The position numbers and the translations under genes are program-made. The notes below the pieces were generated by a model. The model was not told the DNA's origin, ran no database searches, and was given only the letters and a program-made list of their open reading frames with translations. This document shows, in pieces, positions 1 to 12,280 of a stretch of DNA of 64,000 nucleotides (its first letter is position 1; each line of letters begins with the position of its first letter). The DNA is from Felis catus (taxonomy: Eukaryota). Where the stretch lies: assembly GCF_018350175.1 (NCBI RefSeq), contig NC_058368.1, positions 35,032,001-35,096,000 of the forward strand, given 5' to 3'.

Positions 1-94
1 CTTACAATACACTTTCTGAAGCTCTATCAATAAGAATTTTGAAACAAATAAAAAAAAACCCTAGTTTTTTTTCAAGTGAAAGAAGAAAAAGAAA

Positions 95-370
95 AAGGAA
101 TCATAATCAAGAGGACCTGAGAAGACATGGTTATTAAAAGTAATGTGGTATCTTTGTTGGGATTTTGAAACTGAAAATGGACAGTATGGAAAAACTAAAG
201 AAACCTGAATACTAATGTATCAATATTGCCTCATTAGTTGTGAAAAATATACCATACTTATGTAAGATGTGACTAGTGGAGAAAACTGGGTGTGGGCATA
301 CATGAATTCTACACTATCTTTGCAATCATTCTGTAATTCTAAAACTCCTCTAAAATAAATCATTTATTAA
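95..370 (+). mobile_element. Ancient L1 3' UTR end (L1MC-like)
   Basis: 'aatgtggtatc...tgtatcaatattg...ataccatacttatgtaagatgt...aaactgggtgtggggcata...actatctttgcaa' matches the L1MC-type 3' terminus as I recall it. Confidence 0.75.
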
Positions 371-1436
371 AGATACATAAAAGGAAATACACTCATAAAT
401 TTTAAAGTCATTATTATGCTATTTGTTGAGTGATAGATTATAGAAACTACCTCCCCATTAAGTGGCAACTTTCAATCTTAAGCCTATTAATCTTAATGGG
501 AGAAAGAACACCTGAATCATTTTGCTAATGAATCTAATATCAAACTTTAAATCTCAAAGAGCTACCAAGAATGAAATCTACACATGCACACATAACGCAT
601 TAAATGTATTTCTATGAGGGCTTTCTATTGCCTCTGCTGAGTTACGCACCATAAGATTTCCCTAAAAACTGGCTTCAACTGATTAGATGAGGTGTGGAAA
701 CCTGAACAAGGAAAATAGATTCAAAATCTGTCTAGTGAATAGGGTTGTGACCCGGTTCAACAATATAAGCCAAGCCAAACATATTACTTCTCTCGGAAAG
801 AATTAACTATGAAATATAGCTAAAACGTGTCTCTTACCCGTAGTGAAAAAAATAATGCACCCTATGTTGTCATGTTGTGGAAGAACATGTGGTAATCATT
901 ACATGATATAAATGAGAGGAATAATAAAGAGGACTTAAACTGAAAGGATGAGGGAAATGAGCCACATGCAAGAAACAAGCTGGACGTCTACAAGAGATGA
1001 GAAATAGAAGAAAAAGAGAGAAAAAAGAATAACAAGCAGAATCTGCCTTAGAGAATGTCATTCTTTGCTAACAGCTCTCCAATTTCTTTCTCTGAACAAA
1101 GTATAAGGTCTGGTTATATTTTGATTTCTATCACTGTCTCATTTCTTTAACAATAGTCCCTCTTTTCTAGAGCAATAGAGGTCAGCCCATGCACCTACCT
1201 ATAGTCAAAAGAACCCATCTAAGGCAGACACTAGGAATATACACCAGGATTACCCAACACACTGGATCTCCTCTGTGCCATTAAACTTCTTTATTTCCAC
1301 TGGTACTACATGTTTTTTGGTTCTCTGAAAACCAAACTATCATTATTTTCAATATTTTATCAGAGTCTTCAAGCAGTTTTAAGTTTAAAATTGTAATAAT
1401 ACTATGTTTCAAAAATTGCATTAACTTCTGAATTAA

Positions 1437-1659
1437 TATTTTTTTTAATATTTTTAGGTTTATTTATTTATTTTGAGAAAGAGACAGAGAGAGTACAAGC
1501 CAGGGAGGATCAGAGAGAAGGAGAGACAGAATCCCAAGCAGGTTCTGTGCCATCAGTGCAGAACTCAATGTGGGGCTTGAACTCACAAACTGTGAGATCA
1601 TGATCTGAGCCCAGATCAAGAGTCAGATGCTTAACCAACTGTGCCACCCAGGTGACCCC
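1437..1659 (-). mobile_element. Can-SINE (carnivore tRNA-derived SINE)
   Basis: Reverse strand has the head (ends 'gccacccaggtgacccc'), a (GA)n tract and a T-rich tail; TSD 'cttctgaatta' on both sides. Confidence 0.95.
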
Positions 1660-1974
1660 TTCTGAATTATTTTTAAATAATTTTGCCAGAGAAATAGCCC
1701 TTCCTTTTAGTGATATAACTTCGTGTTAAAGATAAAATCACAAAGCCATGGGCATATCTAGTCATCCCTCACCAACAAACTAGTCTTTTATCATTTTTCT
1801 CATTCAGCTTATATAGAGACAAGTTATATCTAAGACACCGAGGGCCAGAAAAATCCTCGATCACGAAAGGATAAATATATTCCTGGATGTTATCATAGGA
1901 TTCACATCATTGTACATTATGCATATCACTACTTTTCCTGCTATAATTAAATTGTCTCTCAATTTTCTTTTCTT

Positions 1975-2085
1975 TTGACAAATTTCTAAATTTCATGAAG
2001 CCAATGATATTTTGTCTAATGGTGTATCTCAGAATTTGGAACAGTATCTGGCAAAGTAGTTACCAAACAAAAAATACTGAATGTA
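1975..2085 (+). mobile_element. L2 3' end fragment
   Basis: 'tgtatctcagaatttggaacagtatctggcaaagtag...aaatactgaatg' resembles the L2 terminus. Confidence 0.5.
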
Positions 2086-2809
2086 GAAAAATAAAGTAGA
2101 AAGACAATTATTCCTACAGCCAACCACACCAAGTAGAAAAACAATAATGAAAGTAATAATAACAGCCAGAAAACAGTGGAATGATGACTTCAAATTAATG
2201 AGCAAAAAAAAAATGTCTCATAAAATTGTATTCCAAGAATGAATACATTTTTAGTCAAAACAGAATCTATAAACATGGAAAGAATATGAAGAAATGCCAA
2301 AAGGATCTATTTTGAGAGTAAGGAAAATCATTCCTAAAATGAAATTTGAGGTGTAAGAAAGAACACTGAAGAAAGAAAATAAGAGACATGTAGATAAACC
2401 GGTCAATATTAGGATTTCCTAATTTGTAAGGTTTTAAAATAAGAGAAATAGATACAGGAAAATAGCATGTAACTAGAAATGAATTAAATTATTTCACAGT
2501 CTTTGCACTCTTTCAGAGAAATGTAAAGATACTGATTATGTTTAGTGCCTGATAAGTCTGCATGCTTTTTAAAGTTTTAAAGATTCACAATAAAAAATAA
2601 AAAAAAATACGAAAGAAGTTTATAGATAAGGGTCTAATCACAATAAACATGAATGTATTAATAAAATATAAAAACGGTCCCATTACATAAAATCCAGCTA
2701 TGTACCATTTATAAGAGACATATGGGAACAGTAAAGATATAGCAAGAGTAAAACAAAAGATATACCATGGCCACAAAAAATGCTAGTAGGAACTACCTCA
2801 AATATATTC

Positions 2810-3235
2810 TCTCAGTTTTCCTTAGTAACTGAACACTGATTTTCTTCAGAATGGCAATTTGTCAAACTTAAAACTGCATTTTCCCGGCTCCCTTGCAGTA
2901 GGTGTAGCCAATGAGGCATAAACTGTGGCTTCAAGGAAATCTCTTTAATAGAGATTCACTCAATTGGAAGGAAGACCCATTTTGCACTTCCTCACATTTT
3001 CCTTCCCTGCTGCCTGGCATGTGGATATGAGGTGAAGAGGAAAATTAAAGCATCGTGCTAAAAATGACATAAGAGAAAAAGATAAGGAGCATTGTTCCAT
3101 GGTAGCTGAGAAGCTGCCATTTCAGCCCTGGACTACCTGTCTCCAGACTTCTTTTATGTAGGAGATAAAAAGCAACCCTGCAGTTCACTTTGAGTCTTTG
3201 GTTATATACAACTGTACTAAACCTTAAGCGACACA
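2810..3235 (+). mobile_element. MaLR LTR (MLT1J-like)
   Basis: 'ttcccggctcccttgcag...gccaatgag', 'cctgctgcctggcatgtggatatga', 'cagccctggactacctgtctccagacttctttt'. Confidence 0.75.
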
Positions 3236-3249
3236 CCATAGAAATAATA

Positions 3250-3776
3250 AATTAGTGGCTAGATTACTCTATTGATGCTAAATAAATCACCCCCAAAATA
3301 GTTGCTTAAAACATAATCTTTTTAGATTCTGTGGGTCAATAATCCAAACAACACAGGGACAGCCTGTCTTTGATTCTCAACATCTGAAGCCCTAGCTAGA
3401 AAGTTTAAAGTCCAGGCATGATCCATTGGCAAGGCATAAGAATCATCTGGAAGAGTCTTTACTCCCAAGACGTGCCATGGATAGAGTATCAGCTTAGATC
3501 TCACCTCCATCTGGCCTCTCTATGTGGTCTCTTCATGTTCTTCAGTTAGGGTTTCCTCACGGCATGGCAGATGAAAAGGAATGTTACTGCCTTATACAAT
3601 CTAGTTTTATAAGGTACATAGTATTACTTCCTTCTTAATTACGAGTTTCCCGGATTCCAGAGGAGAGAACAAAGACATGTATTTCAGTGGCAGGAATGTC
3701 AAAGTCACATTGTGAGAGTAGCATATGGGACAGGAGATACCGTTGCTGTCATTTTGCTAAAATACAATCTGCTACA
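3250..3776 (-). mobile_element. MaLR LTR (MLT1F-like)
   Basis: Ends 'gtcaaagtcacattgtgagagtagcatatgggacaggagatacc...aaaatacaatctgctaca', the reverse complement of the MLT1F 5' end as I recall it. Confidence 0.8.
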
Positions 3777-4633
3777 ACAGAGGAAATAGATAAATAGGGT
3801 CAGGATGTCATCATGAAATATTCAATTCATAAAGAAGACATGATAATTCTGATCTACTTATATCCAATAAGGTAGCTTTAATGTAAATGAAGAAAAACTG
3901 ACAAAACCACATGGAAAAACTGATAAAACCATATGAAAAAATTGACAAATCCACATTCATAATAGTAAAGTTTAACAAACATCTCTCAGTAAACTATAGA
4001 TCAGATAGAAAAATGAATCAGTCAGAATAACAGAGATTTGAGTAACACAATTAACAAACTTAGAAACAATGATACAAATAGGACATTTCATACTATTAGA
4101 GAATGAATATTTTTGCCAAAGATTTTAAGACTGAATGCACATGAGGACCAGAAATAAATCAAATTTAAATGAGTCTGTTTAATATAGATCATATTCTCAC
4201 ATTACAAAGTAATTAAGCCTGAAGCAAATGACAAAAAATTAAAAATAAAAAGTTACTAAGTTATAAATTAAGAATGCATACTTCTAAAGAATTCGTGGGT
4301 CAAGAAAAACATTCCACAGAAACTTAAAAAAATTAGAATGGGAAAAATTACCTCAAAATTTTGGTATTCAACTAAGAACAAGGTATACACTTAAAACCTT
4401 TTTATAAATAAAAGAAAGGCTACAAGTTAAGGAGTTAAGTCACCCAGCAGAATTAAATAAAGGACAACAAAATAAAAACAGAGAAAGAAAGTAAATAGCC
4501 ATGAAAAAGTAATTAATGATTTAGGATATAATAATATAGTGGAGAAAATTTAAGAAACCACTTGAGTTGTGAAAAGTATAATAAAATTGTCAAATCTGTG
4601 CCGAGATTAATACAAAAGTAGAGTTGCAAAAGA

Positions 4634-4688
4634 TGTGTGTGTGTGTGTGTGTGTGTCTGTGTCTGTGTGTGTGTGTGAGTGTGTGTGT
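4634..4688. repeat. (TG)n microsatellite, imperfect
   Basis: Visible directly in the sequence. Confidence 0.95.
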
Positions 4689-4856
4689 AAAGACAATTAT
4701 ACAGTAAAGACAAACAAACAATGTGACACACAAAACTGTATTACAGATCACTGTAAGAGGACGGGCTATCTAGCTGGTGTTGAAACAACTGTTTGCCCAC
4801 ATGAGAATAAATTGGATACTTACTTCCTACCATTCACAAAATTTAATTTCCAATTA

Positions 4857-5070
4857 AGAGAACCTGGGTGGCTCAGTCGATTGAGTGTCCAGCTCTTGCT
4901 TTTGGCTCAGATCATCATCCCAGGGTTATGGGATTGAGTCCCATGTTGGGCTCCACACTGAGCATGGAGCCTGCTTGAGATTCTTTCTCTCTCTCTCCCT
5001 CCACCCCTCTCTCCTGCTCATGTGCTCTCTAAGATAAAATTTTAATTAATTTATTAATTAATTAATAAAA
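4857..5070 (+). mobile_element. Can-SINE
   Basis: 'cctgggtggctcagtcgattgag' A-box head, (CT)n tract, AT-rich tail. Confidence 0.95.
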
Positions 5071-5570
5071 AGATAACATAGGAGAAACTCTATATGGTTA
5101 CAGAATAAAACAAACTAAAATTTCTAAGACACAAAACACAAAGAAAAATACTGATAAAGGATAATAAATGGAGAATTCCATTAATCAAAAGATTCTAAAA
5201 AGGGAAACTGAAAAGAAAAGCCACAAATTGTAATACTTTTGCAAGATATACCAAGACTTGTATCAAGAATAAAGAATTCCTATAATAGGGAGGATAAAGA
5301 CAAATAACAATAGAAATAGAAAATAGAAATTTTCTCAAAGAAAAATAAATGACCTTCAAATGTTTGAAAATATGATCAACTTCATTTGTGAACAGGAGAG
5401 TGCAAATGAATCCACCATGAGATATCATCAAAATGATATCTCCTCAGTATCAGCCAAAAATAAAAAATGCATAAAAATAAAAAGTGTTTTAGTAAGCATA
5501 CCAAAAAACAGGAAAATTCATCCAGAAATTCTCATGCCTTGCTGGTAGAAATCTAAATGCACACAACCTC

Positions 5571-5750
5571 TTTTTATTTTCACATTTATTTATTTTGAAG
5601 GGGTGGTTAGGGACAGACAGGGAGAGAGAAAATCCCAAGCAGGCTTTGCACTGTCAGTACAGAGGTCAACAAGGGGCTCAAATTCACGAACCATGAGATC
5701 ACGACCTGAGCTGAAACCAAGTGTCAGATGTTAAACCAACTGAACCACCT
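5571..5750 (-). mobile_element. Can-SINE, slightly 5'-truncated
   Basis: 'aatcccaagcaggc...gagatcacgacctgagctgaaacc...aaccaactgaaccacc'; TSD 'acaacctctttt' at 5563-5574 and 5771-5782. Confidence 0.93.
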
Positions 5751-7127
5751 CTTTTGAGCCTCTTTTGAAAACAACCTCTTTTAAAAACAAATGAATGTTT
5801 AAATTAATGAAGTGGACCCTCTGCATACCCCATGAATCAGCAACTCCACTCACATATGTGTACCAGGAAATATGTACAAAAATATTTATAATCTCATTGT
5901 TAAAAATAGAAAAGAGAGAAAGAGAAAATAAAATAATCAAAAAGCTCATCAACAGCAAAATGTATAAAAAAATTATAGTATGCTACACACAGTAAATGTT
6001 CTGCAACAACAATCACACACATTAATATCACTAAATCCCACAAGCCAAAAATGGTTTTTGAAAAGCAAGTTATAAGAATATATACAACATGATTTGATTT
6101 ATATCAAGTTCAAAAACATGTATAACTAAACAATATGTTGCTTAGGAATAAATACATATGTGGTAAAACTATAAAGAAAACTAACGAAATAATAAACACA
6201 ACATTCATGTCCCAGGATACCTGTGTGCGAAGTGGCAAAGAATATAATGTGGAGGGAGTTTACAGATACTTCCAAGTATATACAGTGGATACATATTTAA
6301 TTATTTATTATTCTTTATGCCTGACAATTTTGTATCAGTCAAGGATTTAACTGCAAAAGTTATATTTATCTTAAGGCATCAATAATTTCATTAATTGTCT
6401 ATGTCCTCACACTAGAATCATGACCCATAGCAAAATGATGTCATAAGTACAAATCTACCTGCATCTTAATACTATGTTATACTCAACTTTTTGATGTGTT
6501 TTCAAACAGTATAGAAATAATAGTGGTTGAAATTAAAGCAACCATATGATTTTCTGTTTGTGATAATTTTACATCCCCTGAATTGAAAGAAATAAATACA
6601 CAAAGTATTAAACATATATAAATTATTATACATACATATATAAAAACATTAAAAATGATTACCAGGATATACCATGTTCATAAGATATATTAATATAAAA
6701 TGTTTTGTAGAGGGTACATAACTATAAAACATAAATAAGGCAAATATATACCATCAATTAATATTCACTCAACAAATTTGTATATAATCTGTGCAATACT
6801 GTTTTGGTTAGAACAATATGTCTGTGAGATTATTAGAATTGTTATATCCTGGAAATAAGCGGTATATTACACCTTACTCATAGACTTATAAATGTATGTT
6901 TGTCTTCCAAAACCATAGTTTCTATTCATGAGATAAAGAAAAAAACCTACTTTTTCCTTCATTTGTTTTATCTTTTTTTGTGTGTGGAATCTAGAGGATG
7001 GAGAGTAGAGTTTGTATAGATAATCCAGAAATTATTGGAAAGATAAAAATAAAGTAGACAATAAAGTGGGACTAGCTACTTTTGCATTCCAGCCACAGTG
7101 GAAGTGAAGACTGGTACCTTAGGATAG

Positions 7128-7220
7128 TCTCTCAGCTCAGCTAGTTGGAGCTGATGGGTGACTGATGGGGCTGACATAACCAGGTCAGAGTGCTCTGCTA
7201 GTCTCTTCCAAGCCACAACA
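7128..7220 (+). mobile_element. Ancient tRNA-headed SINE fragment (MamSINE1-like)
   Basis: 'tcagctcagctagttggagc...ggtgactgatggggc' resembles a degenerate tRNA A-box head; no Can-SINE body follows. Confidence 0.45.
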
Positions 7221-7494
7221 AGGAATTAACACAGACAGAAACAATGTGCCCCTCTAGAGTGGGGATAGGGGTTAGAGAAATAGCCCATAGCAAGTAGGGT
7301 GTGGAATCCTTCTTTCCTATTGCAACTAGGTGAGCTAAATATGGTAACCCAAATGTTTTTCTATTGAAAATATTGAAAATTGGAATTAAACTGGAAAAGG
7401 AATTCCCATCTTCCATTAAAACTTCAAAGAAATGAAAGCTATGGGACACTAGCAACGATGTCAATTTATTAATATGAGTACTAAAAAAAGAGTT

Positions 7495-7785
7495 TAGGGC
7501 AGAGTTTGCTAAACTAATATATTTTATATATTAGTGCCATGAAACACTATTCTAAAAATATAAGGGTTTCAAGGCCCAACTGGAATTTTGCAACACACCC
7601 TCAAATATCAATTAGAGACTTTCTGTGATAAAGAAACATACTTACCTTTTTAAAACCAGCATTGCCAAATTAACTTGATCAGGTATTTTGTTTTGTTTTG
7701 TTTTGTTTTTCTATAGAGATAACTATGTAATAACATGTTATAGAAATAGTATTTTACTCAATCTACTTAGGTGACACTTGGCTTA
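7495..7785. mobile_element. Old hAT-Charlie-type non-autonomous DNA transposon
   Basis: 'cagagtttgctaaact...gtgataaagaaacatacttaccttttt aaaaccagcattgccaaattaacttgatca' resembles Charlie-family MITEs; subfamily uncertain. Confidence 0.45.
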
Positions 7786-7919
7786 TAGCCAGAGGTATAT
7801 AAAAGACTCTAGACACAGAATAGCGTCTGCAAGTCTAGCTTTTGAAACTTTACTTTTGAACCCATAACTCTCAGAAGCAAAAAGATGATGAACTGCTGAA
7901 ATCATGAATATATCTATAT

Positions 7920-9685
7920 ATATTCATATTCATACAATATCTAGTACTAGGTACTGAATACATAAATGCTGAATGAGAATGAAGTAGTCCCTGTCCTCAT
8001 TAATTCCTTGCTATTATAGTGGGGGAGATAAACAAATTTAAGTAAGCACAAAATTGAAAGACTCTAAAGTTTAATACATATATTAAAATTTTGTCATGAT
8101 GTGATGAGCGCAGTCCAAATATAAATAAATATCCCACTCCAACAGGAGATAAGAACTTAGTAGCTCCCTCCCCAAGCGCCTTTATAAAGACAGGAGCAGG
8201 AGAGGGGTAGTCAGTAAACAGGAATGGACTACAGTTCCATTACACCTGGGGTGTATGGCCTTTTTTTTTCTTTCTTGCACTATGTAAGAAACAAACAGGG
8301 GGCTGATATAGAGATTCAAAGAGTCCAGACTACTTTTGCTAAGGTGGTTACAGAAATCCTGGCTAAAAAGGAGACATTATTCTGAGATGTAATGCAGGAG
8401 AAAAATCAAGCCATATCTTGGTAGTGGTAGAATGCTGGCAAGGAGCATTCCAAGCAGAGAAACATACCCGAGTCTGGACAAAGCTTGGCATATTTAAGAA
8501 AATGAAAATAGCACCAGAATGTCTAGAGAACCACAAGTTTGAAGAAATAGGGAGGGCCAGAGATGTAGCTCCCAGAAGGATATAAATACAAGTTCAGATT
8601 TTATCCTACATATAGTAGGAAGCCCTTGAAAGATTTTAAGCAGTCAAGTAATATAATTCAAAGCATATTTTTGTTTGCTTTGTGTGGGTTAATGACGGTG
8701 AGTATGGAGTCAAAGATAGTACTCCATAGACTGTTGCAGAAATCTGGTAAAATATGATGGTGGCCTTGACTGAAGTGAAGTCATCAACTGATAGCTAAAA
8801 GAAGAGATGTCTAAGGGAGAATGGAGCTATGGGAGTGAGAAGCTATGAAATCATCTGAAAGAACAGGAAGGGGACCTGGGTGGCTCAGTCAGTTAAACGT
8901 CAGACTCTTGATTTCAGCTCAGGGCATGATCTGCTGGTTTGTGAGATCAAAACCTGTGTTGGGCTGTGCACGAACAGTGCAGATCCTGCTTGGGATTCTC
9001 TCTCCCTCTCTCTCTCTGTCCCTCCCCACCACCCCCCAAAATAAATAAACAATTAAAAAAATAAAAGAATAGGAAAGCAAGCTTACTGGAGAAATAAAGA
9101 AAGGAAACATGAGGAAGAGTAATTTCATTGTTGAAATAAAGCAGCAGAATGTTGTGGTGTTCATCAGCATTTAGCTGTTGAGGTGAAGACATACAGGCAA
9201 AAATATCAAAGCTCATCCAGGTTGGGAGTTTGCTAGTACTGTAAGAAGAAAAAAAGATAAGAGGAAAGAGATTTGAGAACACTTCTAAAAGAAAGGCTGA
9301 AATAATGTATCTCAGAATCTGGGTGGGCAAGAAATGACAAGAAACCAGAGAGCAACTATAGAGAGAAAGGACAATGATAAATGAGGAAGAAACTCTCCAT
9401 GCCCTCACATCCAGAGATTCACGAAGATACAAAGAAAAGAGTCTCTGTTTGAGAGAGTTGACAAAGAACAAGATCTTTATATTTTAATTAAGGCAAAAAA
9501 AAAAAAAAAGTGGAGGGACTCATCTAAGAAAAGGATGAATAAATAGGCAAGAATAGAATAGGCAGTCAGCTGCGTTCCAGAGATGGGAGATGGTTGGGGA
9601 TTGGGGTATATAGCGACGCACAGAGTATTGTGAGAATGATCATCACTAGTAAAAGGGATGGCCAAGAAGGGAAGAGAAGAATAAT
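7920..9685 (-). mobile_element. L2 LINE remnant, interrupted by a SINE
   Basis: Purine-rich top strand with L2 hallmarks: 'tagtccctgtcctcat', 'agcattccaagcagagaaaca', 'gattttatcct...gaagcccttgaaagattttaagcag'. Confidence 0.75.
8870..9063 (+). mobile_element. Can-SINE
   Basis: 'ggggacctgggtggctcagtcagttaa' head; TSD aaagaa(c/t)aggaa. Confidence 0.96.
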
Positions 9686-9689
9686 TCTT

Positions 9690-9900
9690 GGAGTGCCTGG
9701 GTGGCTCACTTGGTTGGGTATCCAGCTCTTGATTTCAGCTCAAGTCATGATCTCACTGTTTATGAGCCCTGCACTAGGCTCTGGACTGACAGCGAGGGGC
9801 CTGCTTTGGGTTCTCTCTCCCTTTCTCTCTCTCTCTGCCTCTCCCCTGCTCACACTCTCTTTCCCCCTCTCAGAGTAAATATATAAACTTTTTTTAAAAA
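9690..9900 (+). mobile_element. Can-SINE
   Basis: 'ggagtgcctgggtggctcac' head, (CT)n tract; TSD 'aagaataatt'. Confidence 0.96.
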
Positions 9901-11454
9901 AAGAATAATTGCTATAGTCACCAAGATAAGTGTGGACATGCAGAGCCACTGCTGTGTTCACAAATGCTTATGCTTGTGTATGAGATGGTATCTGTCTAAT
10001 GTTTATTCATGCTTATGGGCTGTTGCCAGCTCTCAAAGAGAGTTCCATGTGTGATAATAGCCATTATAAGCAGCAGTTCCCCGTGGCTATTCATAAGGTC
10101 CTAGTGAGTCTACTTGAGGCCCCCTAGCAGCTGTTCATGGAGATTTGGAATTGTACATTTCTGAGGCTTTTCAGGGTTTGGATTCTCAAGGTTAAAACTT
10201 TCTTGCATCTATTTTTCATACTCCACTCCTCTAACAGATGGATCTACCTATGATCTAAGTTGAACTTGTGATGTATCTGCTTAAAGTAATTCAAAGATTA
10301 CTCAGGCTTTGGCTCTTAAATTTCATTTACATCACAATCACCTTTTGGAAAATCTTTTAGAAAATACAAACCAAATGTTGCATTCCACCTAAGAATCCTT
10401 CCTTGTAATTTCTGGACATTAATATATTTATATATTTAATCAATATATTTAATAAAATTACCCTGCAAGAAATCAATCTGCTTAATAAAATGTCATTGCA
10501 ATTGTTGCACAGCCTGGTCTACACTGGTCAACAATGGGAATTTCCAGCTAGATGGGATAAAACAAAATAAAAACAAGACAGAAAACTCTTCCATGATCTG
10601 CCTATTTCTACTAATCAATCAACGCATCTAGACTGACTTTCATGGAACAGTTGTATTTTGGTTTCACCGAACAGATGTAGGATCCTTGGCTACACAAAGT
10701 AGTTAACAGTTTGCCGTTCCTGTTGAGAAACCAAGTAGTCAATGACCCCTGTCCACAGAGTACACTACAGATTCAGTGCCAGTTTTTGCCTCAACAACCC
10801 GATACATGGCATGGGATGATCTATCTCTGTGTGTGTCTGTTTTCGCCCTACTGTGATTTTAATTCATCAAGATAAGATCATCTTCTCAGCTTTGTGTCTT
10901 CAGCATTTGGCATACATAGTCCCTGCTATGCATATTGTTCCTTTGATGTTTAAATAAACTAAATTGTAAGACTTTACCATTAAGTGAGTAAGAGATGAAA
11001 ACAATTAAATTCTAAGCGGTAGGTACACCTGTAAATCAACATGAGACAACCTTGCCAGCAAGGGGAAGGAATCCCCAATTTAGGTTTGAATGTGGGGGTG
11101 AAGAGAAGACTTCACAAAAGATGTGAAAGACAGAAATCAATGTTTGAAAATTCTTAATCTCAATTTTAAAAATGTTCCTATAAGAGTAGAGAAATGTGTC
11201 AATCAATCAAGAATAAGCATCTATTTAAGGTAGGGAAATGATAAAAGTGAAGTTTGGGGAAGCACAAACTGCTGCTAGTGATAGCTCAAAAACAGGTTAA
11301 GCAGTATGACATTATGTTTATGGTAGATTGTAACCTTTTTAGCCCATTTCCTGCAAATGAGCCCTTACATTGACTCCTATGTCCCAAACCAAATATCTAC
11401 TCCTGAAACATAAGATCTCTCGGTAGAAAGATGAGGGGATTTGAAAACAGCAGA

Positions 11455-11655
11455 AATGAGCTTGAGTCCTGGTTCCTGCATTCATTAGGTTTTTTGGCCC
11501 TGATTTGAGTCCATAAGTTTGAGATTCAGTTTCTATAAAATAAGGATAATGAGTCTTACTTTGCCACGGAGTTTTTGTGAAGATAACATGAGAAAAAGTG
11601 TGGGAGTGTGATGAATAAACTGAAAAATGCTTCATAAATATAAAATTCTCTTATT
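11455..11655 (+). mobile_element. MIR SINE
   Basis: Core 'tcagtttctataaaataaggataat...gtttttgtgaagataacatgaga'. Confidence 0.7.
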
Positions 11656-12094
11656 TTTATTCTATTCTCATTTTGTTCCTGATTCTTCTGATAATTTGCT
11701 GGTCATTCTTAGAAAAATATTCTACTTACAATTTCTGATAATTAGCTAAGTTAATATCAAATGATTTTATTCAAGTGCTCAACTATTTAAATTAATTTAA
11801 ATTTAATACATATGATCTCAAGGACACCTAACATATAAAATACATTTTCATTGATTATTGAATTCATAATCAAATGAGTTCATATTTGTAAAGCACATTG
11901 AACAATACTTTGTATATTCACTTTTTTTTTAATTTCTACTTTCTCCCCAGGGGGAATGTACTTTTAACCTATTCGCCTATGGACTTACAATTCCAGGGCA
12001 AAACATAATATATGTTGATGTGAAAGCAATAATAATATTTTACATAATGCTCCTCATTATCCATGAGAAAATAATTGCAATTCCTAACCTATTA

Positions 12095-12280
12095 ATCTGT
12101 TCTTTCTCTACGTAATTTTTAGAGCTTACTATGTGGCAGGCACTGTGCTAAGAACACAGGATATAGCAGTAGCATAATAAAGATATTACTTTCAGGAAAC
12201 ACACAACATATTGGGAACTACTATATAACTTAAACAATTACAAAAAAGTAAAATGAATGTATGTGGTGATATAAAAAAGA
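12095..12280 (-). mobile_element. L2 3' end fragment
   Basis: 'gagcttactatgtggcaggcactgtgctaagaacacaggatatagcagt'. Confidence 0.75.

Larger units (their letters stand above)
2200..6320 (+). mobile_element. Highly decayed ancient L1 (L1M/L1ME-like): ORF1 end, ORF2 remnants and 3' UTR, interrupted by two MaLR LTRs and two SINEs
   Basis: A-rich strand. Endonuclease-region remnants at about 2635-2800 resume at about 3780-4630; late ORF2 at about 4720-5560; 3' UTR-like 'aaaagcaagttataagaatatatacaacatgatt...tggtaaaactataaag' at about 6060-6200. Confidence 0.75.

Noticed and set aside
7636..7720. Consensus minus-strand donor (AAG|GTAAGT) and plus-strand acceptor-like tract
   Set aside because: Both fall inside a probable DNA-transposon remnant and a (TTTTG)n run; no coherent exon
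8101..8310. Possible C/D snoRNA (gtgatga ... ctga)
   Set aside because: The boxes are about 200 nt apart, there is no terminal stem, and the region lies within repeat-derived sequence
8947..9471. Longest ORF in the track (174 aa, minus strand)
   Set aside because: It spans L2 and Can-SINE sequence, uses a non-ATG start, and its composition reflects the repeats
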